Below, piece after piece: positions 29,305 to 37,342 of a DNA stretch of 64,000 bases. Made by a program: the position numbers and the translations under genes. The first letter of the stretch is position 1. Each line of letters begins with the position of its first letter. This DNA is from a virus (taxonomy: Duplodnaviria; Caudoviricetes): positions 1 through 64,000 of the IMG/VR virus record IMGVR_UViG_2909979649_000007; one strand, 5' to 3'. The notes below the pieces were generated by a model. That model saw nothing but the letters and a program-made list of their open reading frames with translations. It had not been told where the DNA came from and made no database searches.

Positions 29305-30651
29305 CTATATAACATTAGAGATGTAGGGGTTATTAACAGGATCAATACCAAATTCTATGTCACTTCTGACTCTTTCAGATTCTAGGGCGAGGATTAGCTC
29401 AAAAGGATTCAGGTTAATGTAGTCAAGTCTTGGTAGAGGCTTTCCCTTTTTTATTAAGTCTAACAAGCTACTTGTATCGCTAATAATACCAATAAATTCA
29501 CTGCTATCTAATTCACAGCCACTTCTGGGGTATGCCCAATAATGAAGTGGAGTACATTCACCAAAAGGGTTTATAAATAATTTATGAGCTACCTGGTCTT
29601 TTGGTAGACAATATCCTTTTGGAATACTATTGAAGAAGTTGTCACGACCGAGCGAACCAGTTAAATTAACCTTAGTAACACCAAATTTTCCATCAGCAAT
29701 TTCATTTTTAATTATATTCACTATTGTCTCTAGCTGATTAAAGTAAGCATCATTCTTGTTATCAAAATAATCGCTTTTTATTTCAATGTAATCCATTTCT
29801 ATATTGGAAATATCACGAACAAGCCTTTCAAGCTCGTGAAAATTAAACTCGCCAGCCACTGTATTGATACCAAGCTGAGTCTTTGACCCAATTTTATTAC
29901 GAACTAACACTAGCTCCTTAAGTGTTTCCATCAACTCAGACAAACTAGCTACTTTTTTGTTTTTTATATGGTCTCCAAAATATGCTTCATTGTAGCTATT
30001 ACTATCTGATGTGCTTAGACTAACGCGTAAGTTGTCACACTGCAGAGCTAGTTTGCGATTCTTTTCAATCTTAAGTAGCATACCATTTGTGAATATTGTT
30101 GAGTTTATGCCATGCTTTCTGGATAACTGCAAAATCCACTCTATAGTTTTAGGATCAGTAAAAGGTTCTAGGCCTCCTGAAATTTTAATATTTACCTGTA
30201 CACCTTCCTCTATCATTTTTCCTAAATCATCAAATATTCTTACAAAGTCCTCATAATTCAATTTCTTTTTACCTGGTGTTTTACTTTGAAATCTAAACAG
30301 TTCACGATATCCATCTTCATGTATTTTGACGCTTGGACAAAAATGACATCTTGCAGGACAATATAAGCCTACAAAAAAAACAACAGTGTATATTTTCCTG
30401 CCAAAGTGATTATTTACTGTATCAAAATAATCCCTATTATCTGAGCTTTTTAATTCATGTTGTAGCTTAGTTGACGATCTAATAAATTTATATATTCGAT
30501 TAATTTCATATAAGTTTAACGATAAACGCTTCGATACCTCTTCTGCTTTAATGTAAGGTAACCGCTTTAACAAATTAAAGACTGACCGAATTTTATTGAC
30601 AGGTATTAAACTGGAATTAAATTGAGGATCTTCTTTTAGCAACATAAACAC
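29305..30651 (-). CDS. Radical SAM enzyme, DesII-like
   Basis: CPARCHFC (CX3CX2C), SGGLEPFTDP, IFTNG, RVSL, IKSDY; collinear with DesII motifs as recalled. Confidence 0.8.
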   Translation of the reverse strand: MFMLLKEDPQFNSSLIPVNKIRSVFNLLKRLPYIKAEEVSKRLSLNLYEINRIYKFIRSSTKLQHELKSSDNRDYFDTVNNHFGRKIYTVVFFVGLYCPARCHFCPSVKIHEDGYRELFRFQSKTPGKKKLNYEDFVRIFDDLGKMIEEGVQVNIKISGGLEPFTDPKTIEWILQLSRKHGINSTIFTNGMLLKIEKNRKLALQCDNLRVSLSTSDSNSYNEAYFGDHIKNKKVASLSELMETLKELVLVRNKIGSKTQLGINTVAGEFNFHELERLVRDISNIEMDYIEIKSDYFDNKNDAYFNQLETIVNIIKNEIADGKFGVTKVNLTGSLGRDNFFNSIPKGYCLPKDQVAHKLFINPFGECTPLHYWAYPRSGCELDSSEFIGIISDTSSLLDLIKKGKPLPRLDYINLNPFELILALESERVRSDIEFGIDPVNNPYISNVI

Positions 30652-30805
30652 TATCCAACATCCATGAAAAACAATATTTCTTTAGTCTAAGTGGATATCA
30701 CAGGTTATCTCAATTTAATTAGATATTACACTCATTAATATAAAATGGAGCTTAAGTACCTATCAAAGAAAGTTTTTTAAATACCAAAATAGTACTATTT
30801 AGTAA

Positions 30806-31213
30806 CTAATTACTTGTAGAAATTTTTATCTTTCTTCCTCTGCAACCTATAATGTTAAACACCTGCCTTCTTGATAATGCATATTTTAATGCAACTAAGT
30901 CAGCTCTTGAGACACCTGTGCTAGGTTTTGTATTGATATACTCTTTCCTAATTAACTGATTTCTGAGTTCTTTAAATTCGTTTTTCGTTGGAAAATGAAT
31001 TGTTTGCCCACTGAGACGTGCTGCAATTTTATTAGCCGCCTCATGACCAACAGCAAGGGTGATCAGATGACCCTTACCTATAACTCGGGGGATGTATAAC
31101 CTAGCCCCTCCAAGGCACTGACCTAACTTGATAGCTGCTTGTTCTCCAATAGTTTCGGTTAGCTCGTTCATGATTGACATGATGTATATCCTCTTTGGAT
31201 CGATATAAAGCAC
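30806..31213 (-). CDS. Mor-family transcription activator
   Basis: LGGARLYIP...LRNQLIRKEY...LALKYALSRRQVFNII. Confidence 0.8.
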   Translation of the reverse strand: MLYIDPKRIYIMSIMNELTETIGEQAAIKLGQCLGGARLYIPRVIGKGHLITLAVGHEAANKIAARLSGQTIHFPTKNEFKELRNQLIRKEYINTKPSTGVSRADLVALKYALSRRQVFNIIGCRGRKIKISTSN

Positions 31214-31329
31214 TAAGTGTGAACTTCTTTAATTGGCTAGGGTCATACTGATTACACGGTAGCCCCCGTGTGCATTGCTTCGTTTTACCTACTACTCCCT
31301 AAACCTGCGTTGACGAAGCAGTGCTTTTT

Positions 31330-32046
31330 TTAATTCCTACCCAACATGCGATATATTTCGCTCATTGCGTCCTTTGGATTATTTAATTGATCCAACCCTT
31401 TTTCTTGTAACTGTTTTTTCTGCTGATCATCGTGGTAAGCCTTGTTTCGCTCAGCAATGGTCTTTTGTACTTGGCCAGGTAACGCTTTGGGTATATCACT
31501 GATGGGCTCGCCCTTGAGTATTTTCTTGGTGATAATGTCGTAGTTTCTCGTGAAGACAGGCAGTATGTGTTTTTCTGCCATAGACTTTAATTCAAAGAAA
31601 CCCGTTTGTTTTGCTGCTTCGTATACGGCTTGGTGTGACCATTTCGCTTTTAGTGGTTCGTGGCTATGCCTGCACGCTTCACGGTAAGCAATTTCAACCT
31701 CGGGCAATCCCAGCTCTTCAAGCTTTGGTTGGCAAAACTTAATGAATTCTGAGGGCGTAGGGACAAATGCTTTTCCCTGGTTACGCACGTTTTTGAGGCC
31801 ATAGTAAATTTGAAAGTCAGTGTTAATGCCATTCTCGATAAACGCTTTTAACCATTCTTGTTTAGCTAGGTTAAGCGACTCATTATCTGGGTATGCATGA
31901 CTCCAAGCCGGGCAACAACCTTTGAGCTTTTGAAAAACATCGTTAATTAGCTTAACCGCTATTTTTTTATCATCAGCTGTTAATTTTGGCTGAGGTGGCA
32001 ACTGACCAGGTTTCAGGTTTTGTGTAATTTCGTTGATGCGTTTCAT
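31330..32046 (-). CDS. Replication protein P (lambda P-like helicase loader)
   Basis: CPAWSHAY...AKQEWLKAFIENGI...FVPTPSEFIKFC. Confidence 0.85.
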   Translation of the reverse strand: MKRINEITQNLKPGQLPPQPKLTADDKKIAVKLINDVFQKLKGCCPAWSHAYPDNESLNLAKQEWLKAFIENGINTDFQIYYGLKNVRNQGKAFVPTPSEFIKFCQPKLEELGLPEVEIAYREACRHSHEPLKAKWSHQAVYEAAKQTGFFELKSMAEKHILPVFTRNYDIITKKILKGEPISDIPKALPGQVQKTIAERNKAYHDDQQKKQLQEKGLDQLNNPKDAMSEIYRMLGRN

Positions 32047-32912
32047 TTGAAAACCTCCATATCGTCTGCCCAGGTTTCATCATCAAGGTCAACGGGTTTC
32101 TTAGTTGATTTACTGGCAAGGTTTTTGGTTTCTTGCTCGATGTTTTGCACTTGCTGCTGAGTTTTCTTTTCCAACGCCTGGTTAAGTTGCTGCTGCCGTT
32201 TCTGTTGGCTTTGGTAGTAAGGCCATTGGCTGATCAGGTGTTTGATAAACTTGGCTGTCCATGATGGGTGGACGACATGTGTTCGATCAAGCCAGTAGGT
32301 TTTAAATTCTTCAAGACTCAAGGTTGCAAAAGCGGGATCAATGCCTGCCAGCATTAAACTCGCTTTAACTCGTTGCCAGTCAGGTTGCCAATCCGCAGTC
32401 ATGGGATTGCCTTGGGTTTTTACTGGGGTTTCGTATTTTTTTTGAAAAATATCGGGCTCTGAATTTTTGACCTCGCGCGCGGTTGTTGTAATTGTGTTTG
32501 ATGATTCTAATGATGATTCTAGGGGTACCACAGCTGTGATACCCTCCCCCTTACAGAGCTCTGATACCCCTTCTGTTATAGGGGTATCAGATTTTACCCC
32601 CTTATTTTTCTGGGGTTCCTCGGTTAGTGGCTCTTTAATGGTTGCACCGATATGCAAGAAAAAACCATTCGTGCTGGTGGCGCCATTTGCACGCGTTCTT
32701 TGTTGTTTAGTAATTAAATTTAATTCTTCTAATGATTTTAAGTGTCGTCTAACTGTCTGCTTGGACATTGAGGATTTATTGGCAATTGTATCCATTGACG
32801 GCCAGCAGTAGCCTTGGTCATTCGCATTATCAGCCAATGACAATAAAACGATTTTTTTATAAGGGTCTAGTTTCGAAAGGGTAAATACCCAAGACATCGC
32901 TTGAATACTCAT
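32043..32912 (-). CDS. Replication initiator (O-like, N-terminal HTH)
   Basis: MSIQAMSWVF...KIVLLSLADNANDQGYCWPS. Confidence 0.88.
   Translation of the reverse strand: MSIQAMSWVFTLSKLDPYKKIVLLSLADNANDQGYCWPSMDTIANKSSMSKQTVRRHLKSLEELNLITKQQRTRANGATSTNGFFLHIGATIKEPLTEEPQKNKGVKSDTPITEGVSELCKGEGITAVVPLESSLESSNTITTTAREVKNSEPDIFQKKYETPVKTQGNPMTADWQPDWQRVKASLMLAGIDPAFATLSLEEFKTYWLDRTHVVHPSWTAKFIKHLISQWPYYQSQQKRQQQLNQALEKKTQQQVQNIEQETKNLASKSTKKPVDLDDETWADDMEVFK
32520..32601. repeat. Iteron-like repeats (probable ori) inside the initiator gene
   Basis: Four to five TGATACCCCT-like units, including the perfect IR CTGATACCCCT-8 nt-AGGGGTATCAG (32561-90). Confidence 0.65.
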
Positions 32913-32991
32913 AAATAACCCTCTTGAAACACTGAATTGATGTTGATTTTTTCGACAGTTTTCTGCATAATATCTACATCCTTTTGTTGTT

Positions 32992-33031
32992 AAAAAAACT
33001 GCTTCGCTTTGACGGGTAAAGCAGTTTTTTT
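32992..33031. terminator. Bidirectional terminator-like hairpin (tR1-like)
   Basis: A7-CTGCTT...AAGCAG-T7. Confidence 0.7.
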
Positions 33032-33410
33032 ATGCCTAAAATTTATCCCCGCCAATCTACAGCTAAGAAAATCAGCGCGTAAAAATACCCTGCCAGCAAA
33101 AACAATTTATTTGCTAGCCACTAATTGAGCGTTAAACCCAATAATTGATAACGGTTAAGTTACCCAGACTGAGACTTTGGATTAATGCATTGTGGTTTTA
33201 CTACTTCCATATCAGCGCTCCTTTATATTGGATACTGTACAAGTAGACAGACCTTTTAGTTTCAATGACAACCAAACAGAAACTCGGTATAGTTTTTACA
33301 CAACATGAGCGCTAGAACTACGAGAGCTGGGTCTAACACTCACCCCCAAACTTTGGCGTAAGGGTACCTCTCAAGCACTAGTGTTAGTGTTGATAAGGGT
33401 TTATTATGAG

Positions 33411-33444
33411 GCCGGGCTTCCTATATGAGAGGTCCGGCTTTTTT
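33411..33444 (+). terminator. Hairpin plus T-run facing the repressor promoter region
   Basis: GCCGGG...TCCGGC followed by a T-run. Confidence 0.6.
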
Positions 33445-33457
33445 ATTTATGAGTTGA

Positions 33458-33486
33458 ATAGTATTAATAGCGTTTTAAGTTGTCAA
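33458..33486 (-). promoter_or_regulatory. PR-like early lytic promoter
   Basis: TTGACA-17 nt-TACTAT, divergent from the repressor gene. Confidence 0.8.
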
Positions 33487-33544
33487 TAACAATTGTTTTA
33501 GAATACTTAAACTAATTTCTGTTACAGTTTGGTTACCTGTAAAT

Positions 33545-34246
33545 ATGACTGAAAAGAATAGCGAGCTTAAAGATAGAATCCGAGTATCTAGACAAGCTCT
33601 TGGCTTTTCCCAGCAAGAAGTAGCCGATAAGTTAGGAGTAACTAAGTCGGCTGTAGGTGCTTGGGAGCAAGGTAGGAATGATCCTTCAAAGCTTGTTATG
33701 AAAGAGTTGGCTAATATTCTTGATACCCCTTTAGAGTGGCTAGAGTCTGATGAAACTTATATTACTGATGACTGGATTGAGACAGGATTTGAAAAGAATA
33801 GTGAGTTTAAAGATCGACTAAAGGTTGTACGAAAGTTTCGAAAACTTACTCAAAAGGAGCTGGCTGAACAGTTACACATTACCCCGGCTGCCGTTGCGGC
33901 ATGGGAAACTGGCCGCAGTAGACCTAATGAGGTAATAATTAAAAGGGTTAGTGAAATTTTTGATTGCCCATACAAATGGCTATCCTCTGATGAGGTTGCT
34001 CTTGGCAAGAAGTGGAAGGCAGGTATAAACGAAGATAGCTCATCACCACCTAATATTGTCGAAGATTCCGCTTCTAAAACATACGGGCAAAAAGCTGTTG
34101 CAGATGAAGCAGGCTTTGTTGAAGAAATTAGTAAGCTATCAATAAGAATGACCAAGCTAGCATTTGAAAAACGCGTTACAGCAAGTGATATCCAGATGTT
34201 GAAAGCTTTCCTTGATGTTATTGAAAATAGGCAAGATAAAAAATAA
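33545..34246 (+). CDS. Prophage repressor with two tandem XRE HTH domains and no S24 peptidase domain
   Basis: EKNSELKDRIR...SQQEVADKLGVTKSAVGAWEQG and EKNSEFKDRLK...TQKELAEQLHITPAAVAAWETG. Confidence 0.85.
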   Translation: MTEKNSELKDRIRVSRQALGFSQQEVADKLGVTKSAVGAWEQGRNDPSKLVMKELANILDTPLEWLESDETYITDDWIETGFEKNSEFKDRLKVVRKFRKLTQKELAEQLHITPAAVAAWETGRSRPNEVIIKRVSEIFDCPYKWLSSDEVALGKKWKAGINEDSSSPPNIVEDSASKTYGQKAVADEAGFVEEISKLSIRMTKLAFEKRVTASDIQMLKAFLDVIENRQDKK

Positions 34247-34405
34247 CTACCTACCGCTATCTTCCTGTTCCTTTCTGAACCTCCTTGAATTTCATACAAA
34301 TAGATTTTATCTATTGTTTTTTTCTTTACAATAACCAAAATAAACTTCAAATCTACTCAAATTTAACAAATTATTATATGGTTACTTTAGTGTTTTGGTA
34401 TAGCT

Positions 34406-34846
34406 ATGGACAGCACAATAACTTCAGATGGACACTGGCAAGCTCACTTGGACAACCCATATTTAGCGCCACGTGAGACTGAATACTGCTTAGGTTTACT
34501 ATCCGGCAAGACTGATAAAGTCATTGCTCGTGAGCAGGGTGTAGAGCCCAACTCAGTGAGCAGCAGAATAAAAAACGTACATTACAAGCTTAAAACTGCT
34601 AATCGAGCGCATTTAGTGGCCGAGTTAATACGGCTGAAGATTGTCACCCTTAATGTTTCGCCAGTGGTGATGATGTTGTTATCTGCATTTGTCGTTAATA
34701 GTGTGCCGATGGTGGTGAATGATAACCCTGATAAACCCAGGCAAGTCCGCATAGTACAACGGACTGGAAGACGGCTGGAGTATTTACCGTTAGATAACTC
34801 AAAAGGAGACGAGCTATGTATGAAAACGCAAATGTATATCAGCTAA
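34406..34846 (+). CDS. LuxR-type HTH phage protein
   Basis: LAPRETE...GKTDKVIAREQGV...VHYKLKTANRAHLV. Confidence 0.75.
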   Translation: MDSTITSDGHWQAHLDNPYLAPRETEYCLGLLSGKTDKVIAREQGVEPNSVSSRIKNVHYKLKTANRAHLVAELIRLKIVTLNVSPVVMMLLSAFVVNSVPMVVNDNPDKPRQVRIVQRTGRRLEYLPLDNSKGDELCMKTQMYIS

Positions 34847-35322
34847 ATGCTAATGCTGATTATGTTGTTGAGCAGTTATTAGGTGGGGTTAGAGATGCTG
34901 AGTTTACCCCTTGTAGTAAATATCAAGAATTAAGTTATGGTTTTGTACCGGTTAAAAAAGGTAGTTATCTGGAGACACGAAAAAAATTAGCCGTATTCAA
35001 AGTTAAATTAGAGAAAAAGGTATTATCACCTACGGTTTTAAGACAGCGTGTCATTGAAGCTGTTGAAGACCATAAAGACCTTACGGGAGAACGTTTGACT
35101 AAACAGCAAATTGAATGTGTATGGAAAGAAATTAGAACCGGGCTGATTCCTCAGGCACCCAAAATAACAACAGTGGTTGAGGTTTATATTGATACGGAGC
35201 GAGGCTGCTTAGTCGTTAACAATCAAGATATCGATTTAAATAAGTTATTTCTACAGTTATTTACACAAATAGTTAGCAGTGGCAAAACTGCCATAATGCT
35301 AAACCACATGGTGGCTGCATGA
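34816..35322 (+). CDS. RdgC-like protein (N-terminal part only)
   Basis: FTPCSKYQELSYGFVP...EKKVLSPTVLRQ...LIPQAP. Confidence 0.7.
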   Translation: MYENANVYQLNANADYVVEQLLGGVRDAEFTPCSKYQELSYGFVPVKKGSYLETRKKLAVFKVKLEKKVLSPTVLRQRVIEAVEDHKDLTGERLTKQQIECVWKEIRTGLIPQAPKITTVVEVYIDTERGCLVVNNQDIDLNKLFLQLFTQIVSSGKTAIMLNHMVAA

Positions 35323-35525
35323 CTATGGCTACTCGATTACCTAAGAATGAAATAGTTATTAACCAGCAACAAAGAAGGAGAAAAACAGAAGCCGATTTGC
35401 TATGGGATAAAATAACCGAAAAATATCAAGCTGATTTAGCTATTCATAAAAGTCTGCGCTGTCGAATGCGGTATGTGCTTGATAAAACCCGGCATAAGTT
35501 ATTTGTAGAACCAGCAACTTTTTAA
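35319..35525 (+). CDS. Hypothetical phage protein
   Basis: ATGA overlap with the upstream gene. Confidence 0.55.
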   Translation: MTMATRLPKNEIVINQQQRRRKTEADLLWDKITEKYQADLAIHKSLRCRMRYVLDKTRHKLFVEPATF

Positions 35526-35600
35526 ACTAAATAAATAATAGTTATTAAATGCTCAATTTTGAGCCACGGCACCTTATTGCCTGAAGAAAGGAGATAATTA

Positions 35601-36095
35601 ATGAATACCCAAACCATCATCAATGAACTTAAAGAGAAGGCTAGAGGTAGTTGGGAAGGAAAAGTCGGTGAAGACAGAGCAGTTAAACTTGAGTCCTTTT
35701 TGAATAAAATGCTTACCGAATACTCAGAAAAACTTGGCTACTCCGAGTACGAAATTATCTCTGCTATCGAAAAAACCAGAAATTATTCAGCCATTAACTA
35801 TTATCAAGAGTCAAACTTTCCCAGTCTAGAAGGTGTTGATGTATATGAAACACTAAAAGACTTGAAAGCTGCAATAAAAACAGTCGCTTTCAAGTGCCCT
35901 GCATGCAATGGTATTTCAACTAATCCTTATGAGTGTAATTCTGGTGTGAAGTCAAAAGAAGGTAAAGCGTGTGACTGGAAGTCTTATGGCTTATTTAGAA
36001 CATTAGGGGAAGGCTATCGATTTACTATCAAAGAAAGCTTTTTAGAAAAACCAAGAATTGACGAAATATTTATGCCAGTTGACCTCATTAAGTAG
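35601..36095 (+). CDS. Hypothetical Cys-containing phage protein
   Basis: CPAC...EC...ACDWKSYGLF; GGAG RBS. Confidence 0.7.
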   Translation: MNTQTIINELKEKARGSWEGKVGEDRAVKLESFLNKMLTEYSEKLGYSEYEIISAIEKTRNYSAINYYQESNFPSLEGVDVYETLKDLKAAIKTVAFKCPACNGISTNPYECNSGVKSKEGKACDWKSYGLFRTLGEGYRFTIKESFLEKPRIDEIFMPVDLIK

Positions 36096-36124
36096 CTAAT
36101 ACTATCTATTATGGAGAAATTGAC

Positions 36125-36340
36125 ATGGAAATCAATCGAATGGAGTTAACTAAAAAGAATTTAAAGCTATACGAGAAAGCCAAACAATATATTGAGTATT
36201 ACACCCTCGCTAAAAATAGAAAACCAAGACAATTACATATTACTAAAGAGCAGTTGGAAGCCTTTAAAACGAACTTAATTAAATACAATTGCAAGCCGCC
36301 GTATACCATTAATGGCGTGCGGCTTATACCCTTAAACTAA
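36125..36340 (+). CDS. Hypothetical protein, paralog of the C-terminus of the next gene
   Basis: KNLKL..K..QYI...K.RKP...T..Q...PP...GV pattern shared with 36358-36759. Confidence 0.65.
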   Translation: MEINRMELTKKNLKLYEKAKQYIEYYTLAKNRKPRQLHITKEQLEAFKTNLIKYNCKPPYTINGVRLIPLN

Positions 36341-36357
36341 GGAAGACGCCGATAACC

Positions 36358-36759
36358 ATGATCAATAACGAACTGGACTTACAACCATGGAAACCACGCA
36401 CCAGGGTGTTTAATTATCGTCGTATTGATGCTAATAGTAATGAAATAGGCGTCACTGAGTTTATTCTTGATCAGTCTGCAGGTATCGCTAACCAGGCAAT
36501 AGCTAAAATGGTTGCCTCAAATAAATTAAAAAATAATGACTTTGATGCTGAAAAATTGAGTAAAGATAACCAAAAGCTAGTTAATAAAATTTACCAATAC
36601 ATTCAAGTTTTTGAGGCGAATAAAGGTCGTAAGCCACACTTTATTTGGCTTACTCACGACCAGATAAGAAGTATAAAAAGTGATTGCAGAAAAGCTGGAA
36701 TCTCACCCCCTAAAAATTTCCGAGGGGTAATGTACACGCACTATTTAGGAGCTGTTTAA
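36358..36759 (+). CDS. Hypothetical protein, C-terminal domain paralogous to the upstream gene
   Basis: See the alignment in findings. Confidence 0.65.
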   Translation: MINNELDLQPWKPRTRVFNYRRIDANSNEIGVTEFILDQSAGIANQAIAKMVASNKLKNNDFDAEKLSKDNQKLVNKIYQYIQVFEANKGRKPHFIWLTHDQIRSIKSDCRKAGISPPKNFRGVMYTHYLGAV

Positions 36760-36761
36760 TT

Positions 36762-37091
36762 ATGTTGACTGTAACACGTCGTATAGGTGAATCCCTGAAG
36801 GTTGGGGATTACCGGCTGGTAATGCGAGCGAGAAGAGTGGGCGGAGTAACGCTCACTACCTTGCATCGAGGTCATATAAGCATTAAAGACATTGAGTTTG
36901 GCCACCCCCTTAAGTTGAATCACGAGATAACAGTTTACCCCTACCCTAGCAATAGGGAGAGTTTATCTAAGTCAATGGGGCAGGCAAAGCTAAGTGTTAG
37001 TGCACCTAAACACATAAAAGTCGAGCGTGATGAAATTGAAACAGGCTTTAACAGGAGTAATAGTCAAACTTATTTTGGCGTAGTGACTTGA
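36762..37091 (+). CDS. CsrA/RsmA-like protein with an internal duplication
   Basis: MLTVTRRIGESLKVGD start and LSVSAPKHIKVERDEI end match the CsrA termini. Confidence 0.75.
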   Translation: MLTVTRRIGESLKVGDYRLVMRARRVGGVTLTTLHRGHISIKDIEFGHPLKLNHEITVYPYPSNRESLSKSMGQAKLSVSAPKHIKVERDEIETGFNRSNSQTYFGVVT

Positions 37092-37130
37092 GGTTTTTAC
37101 AACAACCAACAAATATAAAGGTAATTATTT

Positions 37131-37340
37131 ATGATAAAAAAACCCAATTTATTATCAATTAAAGATTGGATTGCAACCCGCTTTATTTCAGGTGCACCCT
37201 CTATTAGCACAGTAAACCGCTTATGTCGTGAAGGTAAACTACCCGCCACTAAAATAGGCAATACTTGGTACATTGAAGCAGATATTGAAAAGAGTATGAC
37301 TGGTAATGAGCTGGTTGATAAAGTATTAAATGGTTTGTAA
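37131..37340 (+). CDS. xis: Excisionase
   Basis: TVNRLCREGKLPATKIGNTWYI winged HTH immediately before the integrase. Confidence 0.8.
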   Translation: MIKKPNLLSIKDWIATRFISGAPSISTVNRLCREGKLPATKIGNTWYIEADIEKSMTGNELVDKVLNGL

Positions 37341-37342
37341 TT

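Noticed and set aside
29305-30651. Prokaryotic viperin
   Set aside because: It is longer than viperins and has SGGLEP plus DesII-like flanks rather than viperin-type motifs; kept only as a functional analogy.
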